DNA from: Anaerolineae bacterium
Lineage (GTDB): Bacteria > Chloroflexota > Anaerolineae > S140-20
Assembly (NCBI GenBank): GCA_027021705.1
Contig: JALUTT010000120.1
Coordinates: 37,005 to 101,004 of the forward strand
Direction of reading: 5' to 3'
DNA: 64,000 bases
The position numbers and the translations under genes were made by a program. Shown piece by piece: positions 22,707 through 35,967 of the stretch (positions within the stretch are counted from its first letter, which is position 1; each line of letters opens with the position of its first letter). The notes beneath the pieces were generated by a model that was not told where the DNA came from, made no database searches, and saw only the letters and a list, made by a program, of their open reading frames with translations.

Positions 22707-25190
22707 ATGGACACCCAGACCCCTTGCCAGTTCTCAGAACCGTCCTCAAAGCCCAGGGTACCCTTGCCCCTTCCTCTGATCGGCGTGCTCTTCCTCCTGC
22801 TATCCGTCGGCCTCGCCTGCCGGTCCACCTCGGGTCGCCCTGTGCCTCCTGCGGCCTCCCCCCTTGTCTCCCCGGAGGGTGTTGGGGCTCAGGCCGCACC
22901 CATCACGCTCGGCCCCACGGCGACGCCCACGCCCACAGCAACGGCGACGCCGACACCCAGCCCCACCCCGACGCCGACCCCTTCCCCTCGGGAACTCCTG
23001 ACGGAGGCGGAGCGCCACGCCCACAACGGCAACTACGAGGCGGCCGCCGTCGCCTGCCTCACCGCCCTGCGACTCGCCGCCCCCCCGGCAACGAAGGCCG
23101 ATGCCCGTTTCTGCCTGGGGGCCAACCTGCTCTGGTCCGGTTCCTACGACGAGGCCGTCGAGGCACTCCAGACCTTCCTCCGGCGGCATCCCGACGATCC
23201 CCGGCTCCCCCAGGCCCGCCTCCTGCTGGCCGAGGCGCTGCAGGGGGTGGGGCGGCCTCAGGAGGCCGCCGATCACTACCGGCAGGTCCTCCAGGAGGAC
23301 GACACCCTGGCTCCCTACCTCTACCGCTGGCTGGGTGATGCCTACCGGGAGGCCGGCGATTTCGAGGCAGCCGTCACCGCCTACCAAGAGGCGATCCGCC
23401 GTGCCCCCCGCACCGACTTCCTGGTCGAAGTACGGGAGAAGCTGGGGCTCACCTATGCGGCCCTGGGTGACTACGCCAGCGCCTTGGCCCAGTACGACGC
23501 CATCTTGGCGGTCGCCGAGCAGCCCGCCTACCGGGCCCGCATCGCCTACCAGGCGGCCCAGACCCTCTTGATCGCCGGGGGAGAGGAGGCCGCTTACACC
23601 CGCTTGCAGCAGATCGTCAACCGCTACCCGGCCACCCGATCCGCCTACCAGGCCCTGGTGGACCTGCTCAACGCCGGCCAGCCGGTGGACGAGTTCCAGC
23701 GGGGGCTGGTGGACTACTACAACGACGCTTACACACCGGCCATCGCCGCTTTCTACCGCTACATCGAGGCCAACCCCGAGGACCACTCCGGCAGCGCCCA
23801 CTACTACGCCGGCCTCTCCTACCGCGCCCTGGGCAATTACGCGGCCGCCATCGAGGAGTTCCAGACCCTCCTCGACACCCACCCGGAGAACCGTCGCTGG
23901 GGGGAGGCTTGGCTGGCCCTGGCCTGGACCCGCTACCTGGCCGAGGACTCCCAGGCGGCCGTCGAGTCCTACCTGGCCCTGGCCGACGACTACCCCGATC
24001 ACCCTCAGGCTCCCAAAGCTCTCTGGTGGGCAGCCAAGGTCCTGGAGTGGTCCGGTGGCTATGAGGAGGCCGCCGAGGTCTACGCCCGGCTGGCCGCCGA
24101 CTACCCCGCCGACGAGCATGCCGGCGACGCTGCCTTCCTGGCCGGCCTCAGCGCCTATCGGGCCGGCGACGTGGCCGCTGCCCAATCGGCCTGGCGGGCG
24201 GCCTCCCCTACCGCGGCTACCACCTTCTGGCTGGGGAAGAGTTACTTGCAGGCAGGACATCCCCTCTCGGCGACCCAAGCCCTCAGCCGGACCCTGCTCC
24301 TGGATCCCACCGGCTACTACGGCCGGCGGGCGGCCGACCTGCTGTCTGACCGTCCGCCCTTCGCCCCCCTCTCCGCCACCCTGACCCTCAGCCCCACGGC
24401 CCAGGTGGAGGCCGAGACCTGGTTGGCCAACTGGCTGGGCATCACGTCCACCCAGCGGCTCCGCACCCTCCCCCCGGCCCTGGCTGCGGACCCCCGCTGG
24501 CGGCGGGGGACGGCGCTGTGGGCGCTGGGCCATCGGGAGGAGGCGAAGGCCGAGCTGGAATCCCTGCGGGCGGCCTACACCCGGGACCCCCTGGCCCTCT
24601 ACCCCTTGGCCCTCGCCTTCCGCGATCTGGGCCTCTACCGCTCGTCCATCCTGGCCGCCAATGCCCTGATCCGTCTCTCGCCCGCCACCACCGTCTACGA
24701 GGCCCCTCCCTTCCTCGTCAGCCTGGCCTATCCCACCCCCTACGCCGACCTGGTGCTCCCCCAGGCCCAGACCTACCACCTGGACCCGCTCCTCGTCTTT
24801 GCCGTCATCCGCCAGGAGAGCCTCTTCGAGGGGTTCGCCACCTCCTACGCGGCAGCGCGGGGGCTGATGCAGGTGATCCCTAGCACCGGGCGCTACATCG
24901 CTGGGCAGCTTCGCTGGCCTGACTACGACGATGGCGACCTCTACAGGCCCTACGTTAGCATCGCCTTCGGGACCTGGTACCTGGCCGAGCAGCGGGACCG
25001 TTTCGACGGCGACCTCTTCGCCGCCCTGGCGGCCTACAACGCCGGTCCGGGCAACAGCCGGCGCTGGAAGGAGGCGGCCCCCGACGATCCGGACCTCTTC
25101 GTCGAGACCATCCGCTTCCAGGAGACCCGTCGCTACGTCCGAGCCATCTACAGCCACTACGCCGTCTACCGCTGGCTCTACGGCGATTAG
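22707..25190 (+). CDS. TPR-containing soluble lytic transglycosylase (Slt-like lipoprotein)
   Basis: Lipobox GLAC, PT-rich linker, TPR-like repeats, IRQES catalytic Glu, GLMQV, AAYNAGPGN, ETRRYV. Confidence 0.88.
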   Translation: MDTQTPCQFSEPSSKPRVPLPLPLIGVLFLLLSVGLACRSTSGRPVPPAASPLVSPEGVGAQAAPITLGPTATPTPTATATPTPSPTPTPTPSPRELLTEAERHAHNGNYEAAAVACLTALRLAAPPATKADARFCLGANLLWSGSYDEAVEALQTFLRRHPDDPRLPQARLLLAEALQGVGRPQEAADHYRQVLQEDDTLAPYLYRWLGDAYREAGDFEAAVTAYQEAIRRAPRTDFLVEVREKLGLTYAALGDYASALAQYDAILAVAEQPAYRARIAYQAAQTLLIAGGEEAAYTRLQQIVNRYPATRSAYQALVDLLNAGQPVDEFQRGLVDYYNDAYTPAIAAFYRYIEANPEDHSGSAHYYAGLSYRALGNYAAAIEEFQTLLDTHPENRRWGEAWLALAWTRYLAEDSQAAVESYLALADDYPDHPQAPKALWWAAKVLEWSGGYEEAAEVYARLAADYPADEHAGDAAFLAGLSAYRAGDVAAAQSAWRAASPTAATTFWLGKSYLQAGHPLSATQALSRTLLLDPTGYYGRRAADLLSDRPPFAPLSATLTLSPTAQVEAETWLANWLGITSTQRLRTLPPALAADPRWRRGTALWALGHREEAKAELESLRAAYTRDPLALYPLALAFRDLGLYRSSILAANALIRLSPATTVYEAPPFLVSLAYPTPYADLVLPQAQTYHLDPLLVFAVIRQESLFEGFATSYAAARGLMQVIPSTGRYIAGQLRWPDYDDGDLYRPYVSIAFGTWYLAEQRDRFDGDLFAALAAYNAGPGNSRRWKEAAPDDPDLFVETIRFQETRRYVRAIYSHYAVYRWLYGD

Positions 25191-25347
25191 TCCTCGGTCC
25201 TCGGTCCTCGGTCGGGTGGTCGGCGGTCGGCGGTCCGCCGATAGCGGACCGCCACCGGCCGGCCGCCCCTTGTGCCTGGGTGAAGATTTGGGTATAATAG
25301 CACTGGCCCTTGGAAAAGCCGGTCTTGAGCGCACCCAGGAGAGCACA

Positions 25348-26175
25348 ATGGGCGAGGAAAGTGAATGGCTCCCTCAAAGCGCTGCCGGGGCGCCGGAGTC
25401 CGACGAGAGATCCCCGGCGGACTTCCTGTCCGGTGAAGAGACTGCTGTGACACCGGCCTGGGAAACCTTCGACCCGCCCGAGGAGACAGAGACCCTACCG
25501 CTAAGCGTGTCGCCGGATGAGACCACGCTGCTGCCCCCCAATGACACAGAAGCGTTGCCTGCTATCCCGCCCGCTGCCTTTGTCCTGGTCATGGTGGTGG
25601 GCATCCTCCTGGCCATCTTGGCCTTCTTTTTCGGACGCATCACCGCACCCCGTGGGGGGACTACCGCCGGCGCGGTTGGGACTCTCCAGGCCCTCTCCCT
25701 CCAGGCCACAGCCCAGGCCCAGGCTCCCACCTCGACGCCCGTGGTCATCGTAGCCACCCCCACGCCCCCTCCGCCGACACCGACGCCGCCCCCTTCGCCT
25801 ACCCCCACACCCACCCCTCGCGTTATCCTCCACGTCGTCCGCACCGGGGAGACGCTGCATCGCATCGCCCGCCGGTACGGCACCACCGTCGCCGCCATCG
25901 CTGCGGCCAACCAGGTTGTCAACCCCAACTACATCCAGATCGGGCAGGTGCTGCGCATCCCCCTCCCTCCCGGCGTGGTGCCGGCAGCAGGCCAGGTCGT
26001 CCACGTCGTTCAGACAGGAGAGAACCTCTTCCGCATCGCCCGCTGCTACGGTCTCACCGTCGAAAGGGTGGCGGCCGTCAACGGCCTGTCCTATCCCTAC
26101 ACCGTCTACACCGGTCAGCGGCTGATCATCCCCGCCGCCGGTCCCTCCCGCTGCCCTGCCGGCGTGGATCCGTAA
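25348..26175 (+). CDS. Membrane-anchored protein with two LysM domains
   Basis: TM helix, P/T-rich linker, HVVRTGETL..IA.RYG and HVVQTGENL..IA..YG. Confidence 0.88.
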   Translation: MGEESEWLPQSAAGAPESDERSPADFLSGEETAVTPAWETFDPPEETETLPLSVSPDETTLLPPNDTEALPAIPPAAFVLVMVVGILLAILAFFFGRITAPRGGTTAGAVGTLQALSLQATAQAQAPTSTPVVIVATPTPPPPTPTPPPSPTPTPTPRVILHVVRTGETLHRIARRYGTTVAAIAAANQVVNPNYIQIGQVLRIPLPPGVVPAAGQVVHVVQTGENLFRIARCYGLTVERVAAVNGLSYPYTVYTGQRLIIPAAGPSRCPAGVDP

Positions 26176-26212
26176 CTCCTTAACAAGAGCATAAACCGGC
26201 CAGGAGCAAGCT

Positions 26213-26665
26213 ATGTCTGAAGCTATCCTCAACGAGGCAGAAGCAGAGCGCATCATCAGCCTACCAAAACGCATTGTGGGGTCGAAACAGTGGCATCAAC
26301 GTAATGATGGCAACTGGTACATAGAAATGCCGGTCGAAGCATCGGAGCAACTACCTCTTCGCCTTTACGGGCGTTTCAACCCGCGCACAGGTAACTACAC
26401 CTTCATCCTCTTTTATGGTCGCCTGAACTTGCGACGCCTTGATATGGGGAAAACCCATCACAACCCAGGCTGTGACAATGTGGGTTCTCCCCACAAACAC
26501 ACGTGGACCGACCGTTTCCGCGACAAGTTAGCTTACATGCCCTCGGATATGAAAGCGACAGACTCCCTTGGCGATATTTTCGCGAAGTTCTTGGCTGAAT
26601 GCAACATCGTCTTGGAAGGTCGTTTCAAGGAGCCCCCTCAAAGCTACCAGAGGAGGTTCATATGA
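26213..26665 (+). CDS. Hypothetical protein (DUF6978-like)
   Basis: LRRLD..KTHHNPGC..VGSPHKHTW motif; lower GC; ATGA overlap with the next gene. Confidence 0.6.
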   Translation: MSEAILNEAEAERIISLPKRIVGSKQWHQRNDGNWYIEMPVEASEQLPLRLYGRFNPRTGNYTFILFYGRLNLRRLDMGKTHHNPGCDNVGSPHKHTWTDRFRDKLAYMPSDMKATDSLGDIFAKFLAECNIVLEGRFKEPPQSYQRRFI

Positions 26666-27450
26666 ACTGCGGACAACTGAGAGAAAAGGCGTTGACCCAG
26701 TTGCCCCTGCTATTCACCTGCAGCGAGGAAGACGACTACCTGAAGATCACCACGCCGTATCTCCACCCTGATGGCGACTACATTGACCTTTATCTGGTCG
26801 AACTGCCCACCGGCCTGTATCTCACCGATCTGGGCGAGACAATAGGCTATCTGGCCGACCACGGCATCCGCCTCGAACAATCGCCCAAACGACGAAAGGC
26901 CGTCGAAGACGTGCTCCTCACCCACGGCGTGGAGATGTTCCGAGGCGAGTTGCGGGTGCCTTTGGACACCTGGGAGAAAGCCGCCTGGGCTGTGACACGC
27001 TTGAGTCAGGCGATTGTCCAGATCAGCGATCTGGTTTTCAGCCTGCGTCTAGGTGCTCTGAGCACCTTCAAGGAGGAAGTGGAGGAGTACTGGATTGAGT
27101 CTCAGATCCCCTATGAGGCAGATTACCGGGTGATCGGCGGTTCTGGCGAGACCTATACGGTTGATTTCTACATCTCTCTGCCCCGTCGTCCTTGGTTAGT
27201 CGAAACGCTGTCCAGCCAGTCTCGTGGTTACGCCAACACCCTGGTTAGCCGGGTGATCCGCACCTGGCACGACCTGCTCCGGGCAGATGGACGTTATGGC
27301 TATGTTTCCCTTGTGGATGACTCCACGGATGTCTGGAAAGCAGAGTGGTTTGATCAACTGGCAGCCCTCTCCGAGGTTGTTGTCTGGAGTGAGCGTGAAC
27401 GGTTGTTGGCCCTTTTCGGGGCGAGAGACCTGTTGCAGGATCGCCGTTGA
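26662..27450 (+). CDS. DUF1828/DUF1829-like protein with degenerate restriction-endonuclease-like C-terminus
   Basis: ITTPYLHPDGDYIDLY, LTDLGETI, GGSGETYTVDFY. Confidence 0.7.
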   Translation: MNCGQLREKALTQLPLLFTCSEEDDYLKITTPYLHPDGDYIDLYLVELPTGLYLTDLGETIGYLADHGIRLEQSPKRRKAVEDVLLTHGVEMFRGELRVPLDTWEKAAWAVTRLSQAIVQISDLVFSLRLGALSTFKEEVEEYWIESQIPYEADYRVIGGSGETYTVDFYISLPRRPWLVETLSSQSRGYANTLVSRVIRTWHDLLRADGRYGYVSLVDDSTDVWKAEWFDQLAALSEVVVWSERERLLALFGARDLLQDRR

Positions 27451-27484
27451 GATTGGAGCCCGCGAGTAGAGGGAGATTCCGAAT

Positions 27485-29899
27485 ATGGAAGTAGGTAACG
27501 TTCGGCAGATTGACATTGACGCTGAGATGCAGCAGGCTTACCTCAGCTACGCGATGAGCGTCATCGTGGCGCGGGCGCTGCCCGACGCCCGGGATGGGCT
27601 CAAGCCGGTCCAGCGGCGCATCCTCTACGCGATGCACGATATGGGGCTGCGCCCCGGCACCCCCTACAAGAAGAGCGCCCGCATCGTGGGAGAGGTGCTG
27701 GGGAAGTACCACCCCCACGGCGACCAGGCGGTCTACGAGGCGATGGCCCGGATGGCTCAGGACTTCTCGCTGCGCTACCCGCTGGTGGACGGGCAGGGGA
27801 ACTTCGGCTCGGTGGACGGGGACAACCCGGCGGCGATGCGGTACACGGAGGCGCGGCTGGCGCCCATCGCCGAGGAGATGCTGGCGGACCTGGAGAAGGC
27901 GACGGTAGACTTTGTGGACAACTTCGACGGGACGCTGCGGGAGCCGGCGGTGCTGCCGGCGGTGTTGCCGAACCTGCTGGTGAACGGGGCGTCGGGGATT
28001 GCGGTGGGGATGGCGACGAACATTCCGCCCCACAACCTGGGAGAGGTGGCGGAGGCGCTGATCTACCTGATCGAGCGGTGGGAGGAGCGGGAGGAGGTGA
28101 CGGTTGAGGAGCTGATGCAGTTCATCCAAGGCCCCGACTTCCCTACCGGCGGGCTCCTCTACCGCCACCACGAGGATGCGGAGACCGACTCCCTCCGCCA
28201 AGCCTACGCCGTGGGCCGGGGTAAGGTCGTCGTCCGGGCCAGGGCCCACGTCGAGGAGATGAGCCGGGGCCGCCACCGCATCGTCATCACCGAACTCCCC
28301 TACCAGGTGGACAAGTCCTCCCTGGTCGAGCGGATCGCCCGGCTGGTGCGGGATGGCCGGATCGAGGGGATCACCGACCTGCGGGATGAGTCGGACCGGC
28401 GAGGGATGCGCGTCGTCGTCGAACTGACGCGGACGGTGGAGCCCCAGGCGGTGTTGGAGCGGCTCTTCAAGCTGACGCCGCTGCAAACCACCTTCAGCAT
28501 CAACATGCTGGCCCTGGTGGACGGCGAGCCCCGCCTGCTCTCCCTCAAGCGGGCGCTGCTGGTCTTCATCGAGCACCGACGGACCATCATCCGCCGGCGC
28601 AGCGAATACCTGCTGGCGAAGGCCCGCGACCGGGCCCACATCCTGGAGGGGCTGCTCAAGGCGCTGGAGGCCCTGGACGAGGTGATCGGCATCATCCGCC
28701 GTAGCCGCACCGCCGAGACGGCCCACAAGAACCTGCGCCGCCGCCTGAAGATCACCGACCGCCAGGCCCAGGCGATCCTGGAGATGCCCCTGAAGCGGTT
28801 GGCCGCCCTGGAGCGCCGGAAGCTCCAGGAGGAGTATCGGGAGAAGAAGCGGGAGATCCGCTACCTGGAGGACCTGCTGCGCCACCCCAAGAAGGTCCTG
28901 GCCCTGATCCGGGAGGAGATGCAAAACCTGAAGACCCGGTACGGGGATGCCCGCCGCACCCAGGTAGTCGGGGGGCCTGCCCGGCGGGTGACCGCCCGCG
29001 ACCTGATCCCCGAGGAGGAGGTCTGGCTGGTCGTCACCCGGAGGGGGCGGATCGCCCGCCAGCCCTCGGAGGCCCCGTTTCGCCTGCCCGCCCGCCCCAA
29101 GGACCCGCCGCTCCTCGTCCTGCAAGCCAACACCCGGGATCGGCTCTACCTCTTCACGGCCCAGGGCGAGGCCGTCTCCCTGCCCATCCACCAGGTGCCT
29201 TCGGGAGCTGCTGTGGCAGGAGAGGGGAGCCACTGGGCCGAGCTCAGCCCCTTGGGCCGGCGGGATCGGGTGGTGGCCGGGCTGGCCCTCCCCTCCGATG
29301 ACGACGCGCTCCAGGGCTTCCTCTTCCTCGCCACCGCCGGCGGCAACGTCAAGCGGCTGGCCCTGGCCGACCTGCCCGGCCTGCGGACCGACCGCTTCCC
29401 GGTGATGAATGTGGCCCCCAAGGACGCCCTGCGGTGGGTCCGATGGGTCCGGGAGGAGGACGAGGTGCTCTTGGTGACGGCGGCGGGACGGGCCATCCGC
29501 TTCGCCGTGGCCGAAGTGCGCCCCAGCGGACCGACGGCCGGCGGGGTTCGAGGGGTGAAGCTGAGCGGAACCGACGACGCCGTCGTCGGGCTGGAGGTAG
29601 TCCGTCCTCGGGCCGCTCTCCTCGTCGTCGCCGAGGACGGCTACGCCAAGCGCACCTCCTTGAGCGATTACCCCCGTCAGAAGCGACACGGCGGCGGGGT
29701 GATCACGGCCCGGGGAGGACGGCTGGCCGGCGCTGCGGTGGTCGTCGGTGAAACCCGCCTGGCGGTGGTCACCGCCCGGGGCCGGGTCAAGACCACCCGC
29801 GCCCGCAACGCCCCTTCGATGGGGCGTCCCACCCGAGGGAAGCCGCTCCTCCCGTTGTCCTCGGGCGACCGGGTCGTCGCCGTCCTGTCGCTGGAGTGA
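27485..29899 (+). CDS. Type IIA topoisomerase subunit A (GyrA/ParC family; probably ParC-like)
   Basis: [29 protein letters not shown] catalytic Tyr, beta-pinwheel CTD; no QRRGGKG GyrA-box in the first blade. Confidence 0.93.
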   Translation: MEVGNVRQIDIDAEMQQAYLSYAMSVIVARALPDARDGLKPVQRRILYAMHDMGLRPGTPYKKSARIVGEVLGKYHPHGDQAVYEAMARMAQDFSLRYPLVDGQGNFGSVDGDNPAAMRYTEARLAPIAEEMLADLEKATVDFVDNFDGTLREPAVLPAVLPNLLVNGASGIAVGMATNIPPHNLGEVAEALIYLIERWEEREEVTVEELMQFIQGPDFPTGGLLYRHHEDAETDSLRQAYAVGRGKVVVRARAHVEEMSRGRHRIVITELPYQVDKSSLVERIARLVRDGRIEGITDLRDESDRRGMRVVVELTRTVEPQAVLERLFKLTPLQTTFSINMLALVDGEPRLLSLKRALLVFIEHRRTIIRRRSEYLLAKARDRAHILEGLLKALEALDEVIGIIRRSRTAETAHKNLRRRLKITDRQAQAILEMPLKRLAALERRKLQEEYREKKREIRYLEDLLRHPKKVLALIREEMQNLKTRYGDARRTQVVGGPARRVTARDLIPEEEVWLVVTRRGRIARQPSEAPFRLPARPKDPPLLVLQANTRDRLYLFTAQGEAVSLPIHQVPSGAAVAGEGSHWAELSPLGRRDRVVAGLALPSDDDALQGFLFLATAGGNVKRLALADLPGLRTDRFPVMNVAPKDALRWVRWVREEDEVLLVTAAGRAIRFAVAEVRPSGPTAGGVRGVKLSGTDDAVVGLEVVRPRAALLVVAEDGYAKRTSLSDYPRQKRHGGGVITARGGRLAGAAVVVGETRLAVVTARGRVKTTRARNAPSMGRPTRGKPLLPLSSGDRVVAVLSLE

Positions 29900-29918
29900 C
29901 AAGCCCCCCTTGATGGCA

Positions 29919-30011
29919 CTTCCCGCAGGTGAAGCGGTGTCCGGTGGCAGCGGTGGCCTGCCGTGGGATGACGGCGGCGTACTCCAGACCGTGGAAGGGA
30001 CCTGCGGGAAG
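29919..30011. repeat. Inverted-repeat element sharing the MITE inner arms
   Basis: CTTCCCGCAGGT...ACCTGCGGGAAG with an unrelated interior. Confidence 0.55.
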
Positions 30012-30033
30012 AGCAAGAGAAAGGAGTGAGTCT

Positions 30034-30402
30034 ATGCCAACCTTCCGTGATACCCTGCTCATCTGCGAAGCCTGTGGAAAAAGCTTCATCTTCACAGTCA
30101 CCGAGCAACGTCGCCTTTATGAGCAGGGCCTTCCCGTGGAACCGCCTCGCTACTGTCCCACCTGTCGTCTACGGGACCCGGAGACGGGGAAGTGGGTGGG
30201 CCGCATCAAGTGGTTCAGCCTGGAGAAGGGGTACGGGTTCATCACCAAGCCCGACGGTGAGGAGATCTTCTTCCACAAGAGCCGGGTGAAGGGCATCCAA
30301 CCCGCCCTGCTGACCGACGGCCAGAAAGTCCGCTTCGACCAACTGAAGACGGCCCGAGGCCTGGAGGCGATCAACGTGGAGCCAATGCCTGCCGACCGGT
30401 AG
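30034..30402 (+). CDS. Zinc-ribbon plus cold-shock domain protein
   Basis: CEAC...F.FT..EQ...PRYCPTCR then GRIKWFSLEKGYGFI, IFFHKS; RBS AAGGAG. Confidence 0.88.
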   Translation: MPTFRDTLLICEACGKSFIFTVTEQRRLYEQGLPVEPPRYCPTCRLRDPETGKWVGRIKWFSLEKGYGFITKPDGEEIFFHKSRVKGIQPALLTDGQKVRFDQLKTARGLEAINVEPMPADR

Positions 30403-30427
30403 CCCCTTCTCCTCCTCCCCTGTCGCT

Positions 30428-30463
30428 GCCCTTTCCATTTTGGTGGAAGGGGCCTTTTTGTTT
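30428..30463 (+). terminator. Putative rho-independent terminator
   Basis: GCCCTTTCCA...TGGAAGGGGC followed by a T-tract. Confidence 0.6.
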
Positions 30464-30470
30464 GCCCTGG

Positions 30471-30592
30471 GTAACTGTTCACCCTCCCGCAGGTTAGGCG
30501 CGTTTCCGACGCGAAACCGTGCTTCAAATAGCCCATCGGGGCTGAAAGCGTCCTCGACCGGTGACCTGCGGGAGGGTAGGCTGAATAGATAC
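30471..30592 (+). mobile_element. MITE copy 3, 122 bp
   Basis: GTAACTGTTCA...TGAATAGATAC; flanks TGCCCTGG / TGCTCTGG (7 of 8 match). Confidence 0.85.
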
Positions 30593-30727
30593 TGCTCTGG
30601 TTTGACAGCCTGCCCACTTTCGACTACAATCCCTGAGCGAAAAGCCCAAACCACGATTTGATGGTCCACGGGATACGCAACACGCAACACCCCCTGTCAC
30701 CCGTAGCACGACCGGAGGCAGAAAGCG

Positions 30728-33454
<2,727 letters not shown>

Positions 33455-33466
33455 GGCATAGAAGCC

Positions 33467-33533
33467 GTAACTGTTCACCCTCCCGCAGGTTAGGCGCGTT
33501 TCCGAGGCGAACCGGTGACCTGCGGGAGGGTAG
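33467..33533 (+). mobile_element. MITE copy 4, internally deleted
   Basis: Left end and both inner arms retained, middle about 45 bp and right tip missing. Confidence 0.75.
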
Positions 33534-33580
33534 ACAGAAGTGCCTTGCTGCCGTTCCGGGTCTGATCACCGTGCAGCCTT

Positions 33581-35116
33581 ATGAGCGTTGAGACCGCTTC
33601 TCCCCAGATTGACTACCTGACCTACGAGGACGATATGGCCACGCTGCGGGACCGGCTGCTCTGGGCGCGATCCCGCCGCGTGGTCTTCGTCATCCCCCCT
33701 AACAGCCGCCTCCTGAGCACCCGGCTGGAACTGCTGCACCTGCAGCGCTTTGCCGCCCAGCAGGGGATGGAGGTCGCCCTGGTCACGCTGGACCCGGAGC
33801 AGAAGGCCCTCTGCCGCGAGTTGGGCATCCCGGCCTTCTCCTCGGTGGGCCGAGCGGAGCGCAAGCGCTGGCAGATGAAGGCCCCCCCCGGGCCGCCCGA
33901 CCCGCCCCGTCGGCGTCGGCGGTTCCGGCGACCCATCCGTCGGCCGCCGTCTCGCTACTGGCTCTTCCTCCGCTACCTCCTGGGGACCTTCGTCTTCCTG
34001 GTCGCCCTGGGCGCGGTCGTCGGCGGGGCCTACATCGTCATCCCCGGCGCGACCATCACCCTGATCCCTGACGTCCGCCCCCTCCAGGTGATCGCCCAGA
34101 TCACCGTCAACCCCGACCTGGAGGCCATTGACTACGCCGGTCGACGCATCCCGGGCCGGTACGTAAGAGTCGAGGTGAAGGGGAGCTACGAGGTCGCCAC
34201 CACCGGCACCCGGGACGAGGCCAGCGGCAAGGCGATCGGGACCGTCCTCTTCACCAACTTGCTGGCCCAGGACTACACGGTGCCCAAGGGGACCGTAGTG
34301 CGCACCTCGGCCGGCCGGCCCGTCCGCTTCGCCACCCTGACCGACGTCGTGGTGCCCGCCCTGGGCCAGGCCGAGGCCCCCATCGAGGCGCTGGAGCCCG
34401 GCCCCATCGGCAACGTAGGGCCGCACCTGATCAATCAGGTCGAGGGCGCAGCGATGACCGCCGTCCGCGTGACCAACCCGGCCCCCACCGAAGGAGGCGG
34501 TGTCCAGCAGGTCAGCGCGGTCACCCAGGCCGACCGGGATCGGGTGAAGGCGATCCTGATGCAGCAACTCCAGCAGCGGGCCTACGCCGAGATGCAAGGG
34601 CTGCTGGAGGAGGGGGAGTTCCTGCCCCGCCAGTCGCTGCAGGTCGTCGCCATCAAGGACGAGACCTACACCGCCTTCGTCACCGAGCCCGCCGACTCCG
34701 TGGGGCTGGAGATGCGCATCCTGGTCCGGGGCGTCGCCGTGGATCGGGCCGATGCCTTCAACCTGGCCCATCGCGTTTTGGAAGAGCGGGTTCCGCCCGG
34801 CTACCGGTTGCTCCCCCCCCGGCCCGAAGACTTCCAGATGGGGGAGGTGGGGGACAATGTCTTGGGTGACGGTGTGCTCACCTTTTTCGTCACCGCCCGG
34901 GGGGTAGCCGCCGCCGATCTGGACCTGGTGGCCGTGCGTGAGGCGGTTCGGGGTCGGCCCTTGGCCGAGGCCCAGATCGAACTGCAGACCAGCTTCCCGC
35001 TGGCCGCCCCGCCCCAGGTCACCCTCTGGCCGGACTGGATGGATCGAATGCCCTGGCTCACCTGGCGCATCGAGGCCAATGTGCAGCCGGAGGGGAGCGA
35101 GGTGAAGAGGTTTTGA
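33581..35116 (+). CDS. Membrane-anchored baseplate J/gp47-like protein
   Basis: TM helix then A.G.VLFTN, VPKGTVV, A.IEALEPG..GNV, VTNPAPTEGG motifs typical of Baseplate_J. Confidence 0.7.
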   Translation: MSVETASPQIDYLTYEDDMATLRDRLLWARSRRVVFVIPPNSRLLSTRLELLHLQRFAAQQGMEVALVTLDPEQKALCRELGIPAFSSVGRAERKRWQMKAPPGPPDPPRRRRRFRRPIRRPPSRYWLFLRYLLGTFVFLVALGAVVGGAYIVIPGATITLIPDVRPLQVIAQITVNPDLEAIDYAGRRIPGRYVRVEVKGSYEVATTGTRDEASGKAIGTVLFTNLLAQDYTVPKGTVVRTSAGRPVRFATLTDVVVPALGQAEAPIEALEPGPIGNVGPHLINQVEGAAMTAVRVTNPAPTEGGGVQQVSAVTQADRDRVKAILMQQLQQRAYAEMQGLLEEGEFLPRQSLQVVAIKDETYTAFVTEPADSVGLEMRILVRGVAVDRADAFNLAHRVLEERVPPGYRLLPPRPEDFQMGEVGDNVLGDGVLTFFVTARGVAAADLDLVAVREAVRGRPLAEAQIELQTSFPLAAPPQVTLWPDWMDRMPWLTWRIEANVQPEGSEVKRF

Positions 35117-35601
35117 ATGACCGAGCCCAGGTCCTCCTGATGGAGCAGCATCCTTCCCCCCCATCGCCTGCCGGCCGTATCCTGGCCCTTGACCTGGGGG
35201 AGCGGTACATCGGGGTCGCCATCTCCGACCCCACCCGCACCCTCGCCCGCCCGCTGACGGCGCTGCGACGGCGCTCCCGGCGGCAGGACTTCGCAGCCAT
35301 CGCCCGGTTGGTGGCGGAGCAGGGGGCCGTGCTGGTCATCGTGGGCTATCCCCTCAGCCTGGACGGAGGGGAAGGGCCTCAGGCCCGCTGGGTGGCCGAC
35401 TACGCCGCTGCGCTGAGCGAGGCCCTGCCGGTGCCCGTCCAACTGTGGGATGAGCGCTTCTCCACCGTGACTGCCGAGGAGCTGTTGCGTCAGGGGGGAC
35501 GCCGCCGGCGCAAGCCCGGTGACCTGGACGCCGCTGCCGCAGCCGTCATCCTCCAGAGCTACCTGGACGCCCAGGGAACGGGGTGGAGCGACGCTCCATA
35601 G
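35113..35601 (+). CDS. ruvX: YqgF/RuvX family pre-16S rRNA nuclease
   Basis: [42 protein letters not shown]. Confidence 0.93.
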   Translation: MNDRAQVLLMEQHPSPPSPAGRILALDLGERYIGVAISDPTRTLARPLTALRRRSRRQDFAAIARLVAEQGAVLVIVGYPLSLDGGEGPQARWVADYAAALSEALPVPVQLWDERFSTVTAEELLRQGGRRRRKPGDLDAAAAAVILQSYLDAQGTGWSDAP

Positions 35602-35643
35602 GGATTTGCCGCTGTGGACCATCACCAAGACAGAACGCATCGG

Positions 35644-35967
35644 ATGGAAGAGCCGCTTCCCCTGCCCCGCCGACTGGTCCGGCACCTTCAAGCGCTGGCG
35701 CAGAAATACCGGCGGGAGGGTGTTGTGCTGTTCATCTTCGGCTCCTTTGCCCGGGGCGACCCCTATCCCACGTCCGATCTGGACCTGGGGGTCGAGTGGC
35801 GGGGGGAACGCGATCCGCAGACCTTTCTGCGCCTCTACCGGGAGGTCCAGGAACTCCCCACCATCCGGCCCATTGACCTGGTGGATTTCGCCCAGGTGGA
35901 CGCCGATTTTCGACAAACGGGGGTGCTCCTTGCTTCTTGCCCCTTGCCCCCTGCCCCTTGCCCCTAG
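35644..35967 (+). CDS. Minimal nucleotidyltransferase (MNT/MntA-like), C-terminus running into a heptamer repeat
   Basis: [10 protein letters not shown]....SDLDLGV, IDLVD. Confidence 0.7.
   Translation: MEEPLPLPRRLVRHLQALAQKYRREGVVLFIFGSFARGDPYPTSDLDLGVEWRGERDPQTFLRLYREVQELPTIRPIDLVDFAQVDADFRQTGVLLASCPLPPAPCP

Noticed and set aside
27245..30016. Long antisense ORFs (923 aa here; also 22800-25346, 30767-32821, 1413-2816 and others)
   Set aside because: Shadow frames of well-supported high-GC genes on the opposite strand, without recognisable motifs
30593..30727. T-box leader for alaS
   Set aside because: No T-box consensus (AAGGTGGNACC-like) or antiterminator is visible, and the space is short
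33581..35116. Prophage or contractile injection system
   Set aside because: A single baseplate-like gene with a TM anchor in a housekeeping operon; no sheath, tube, capsid or terminase genes
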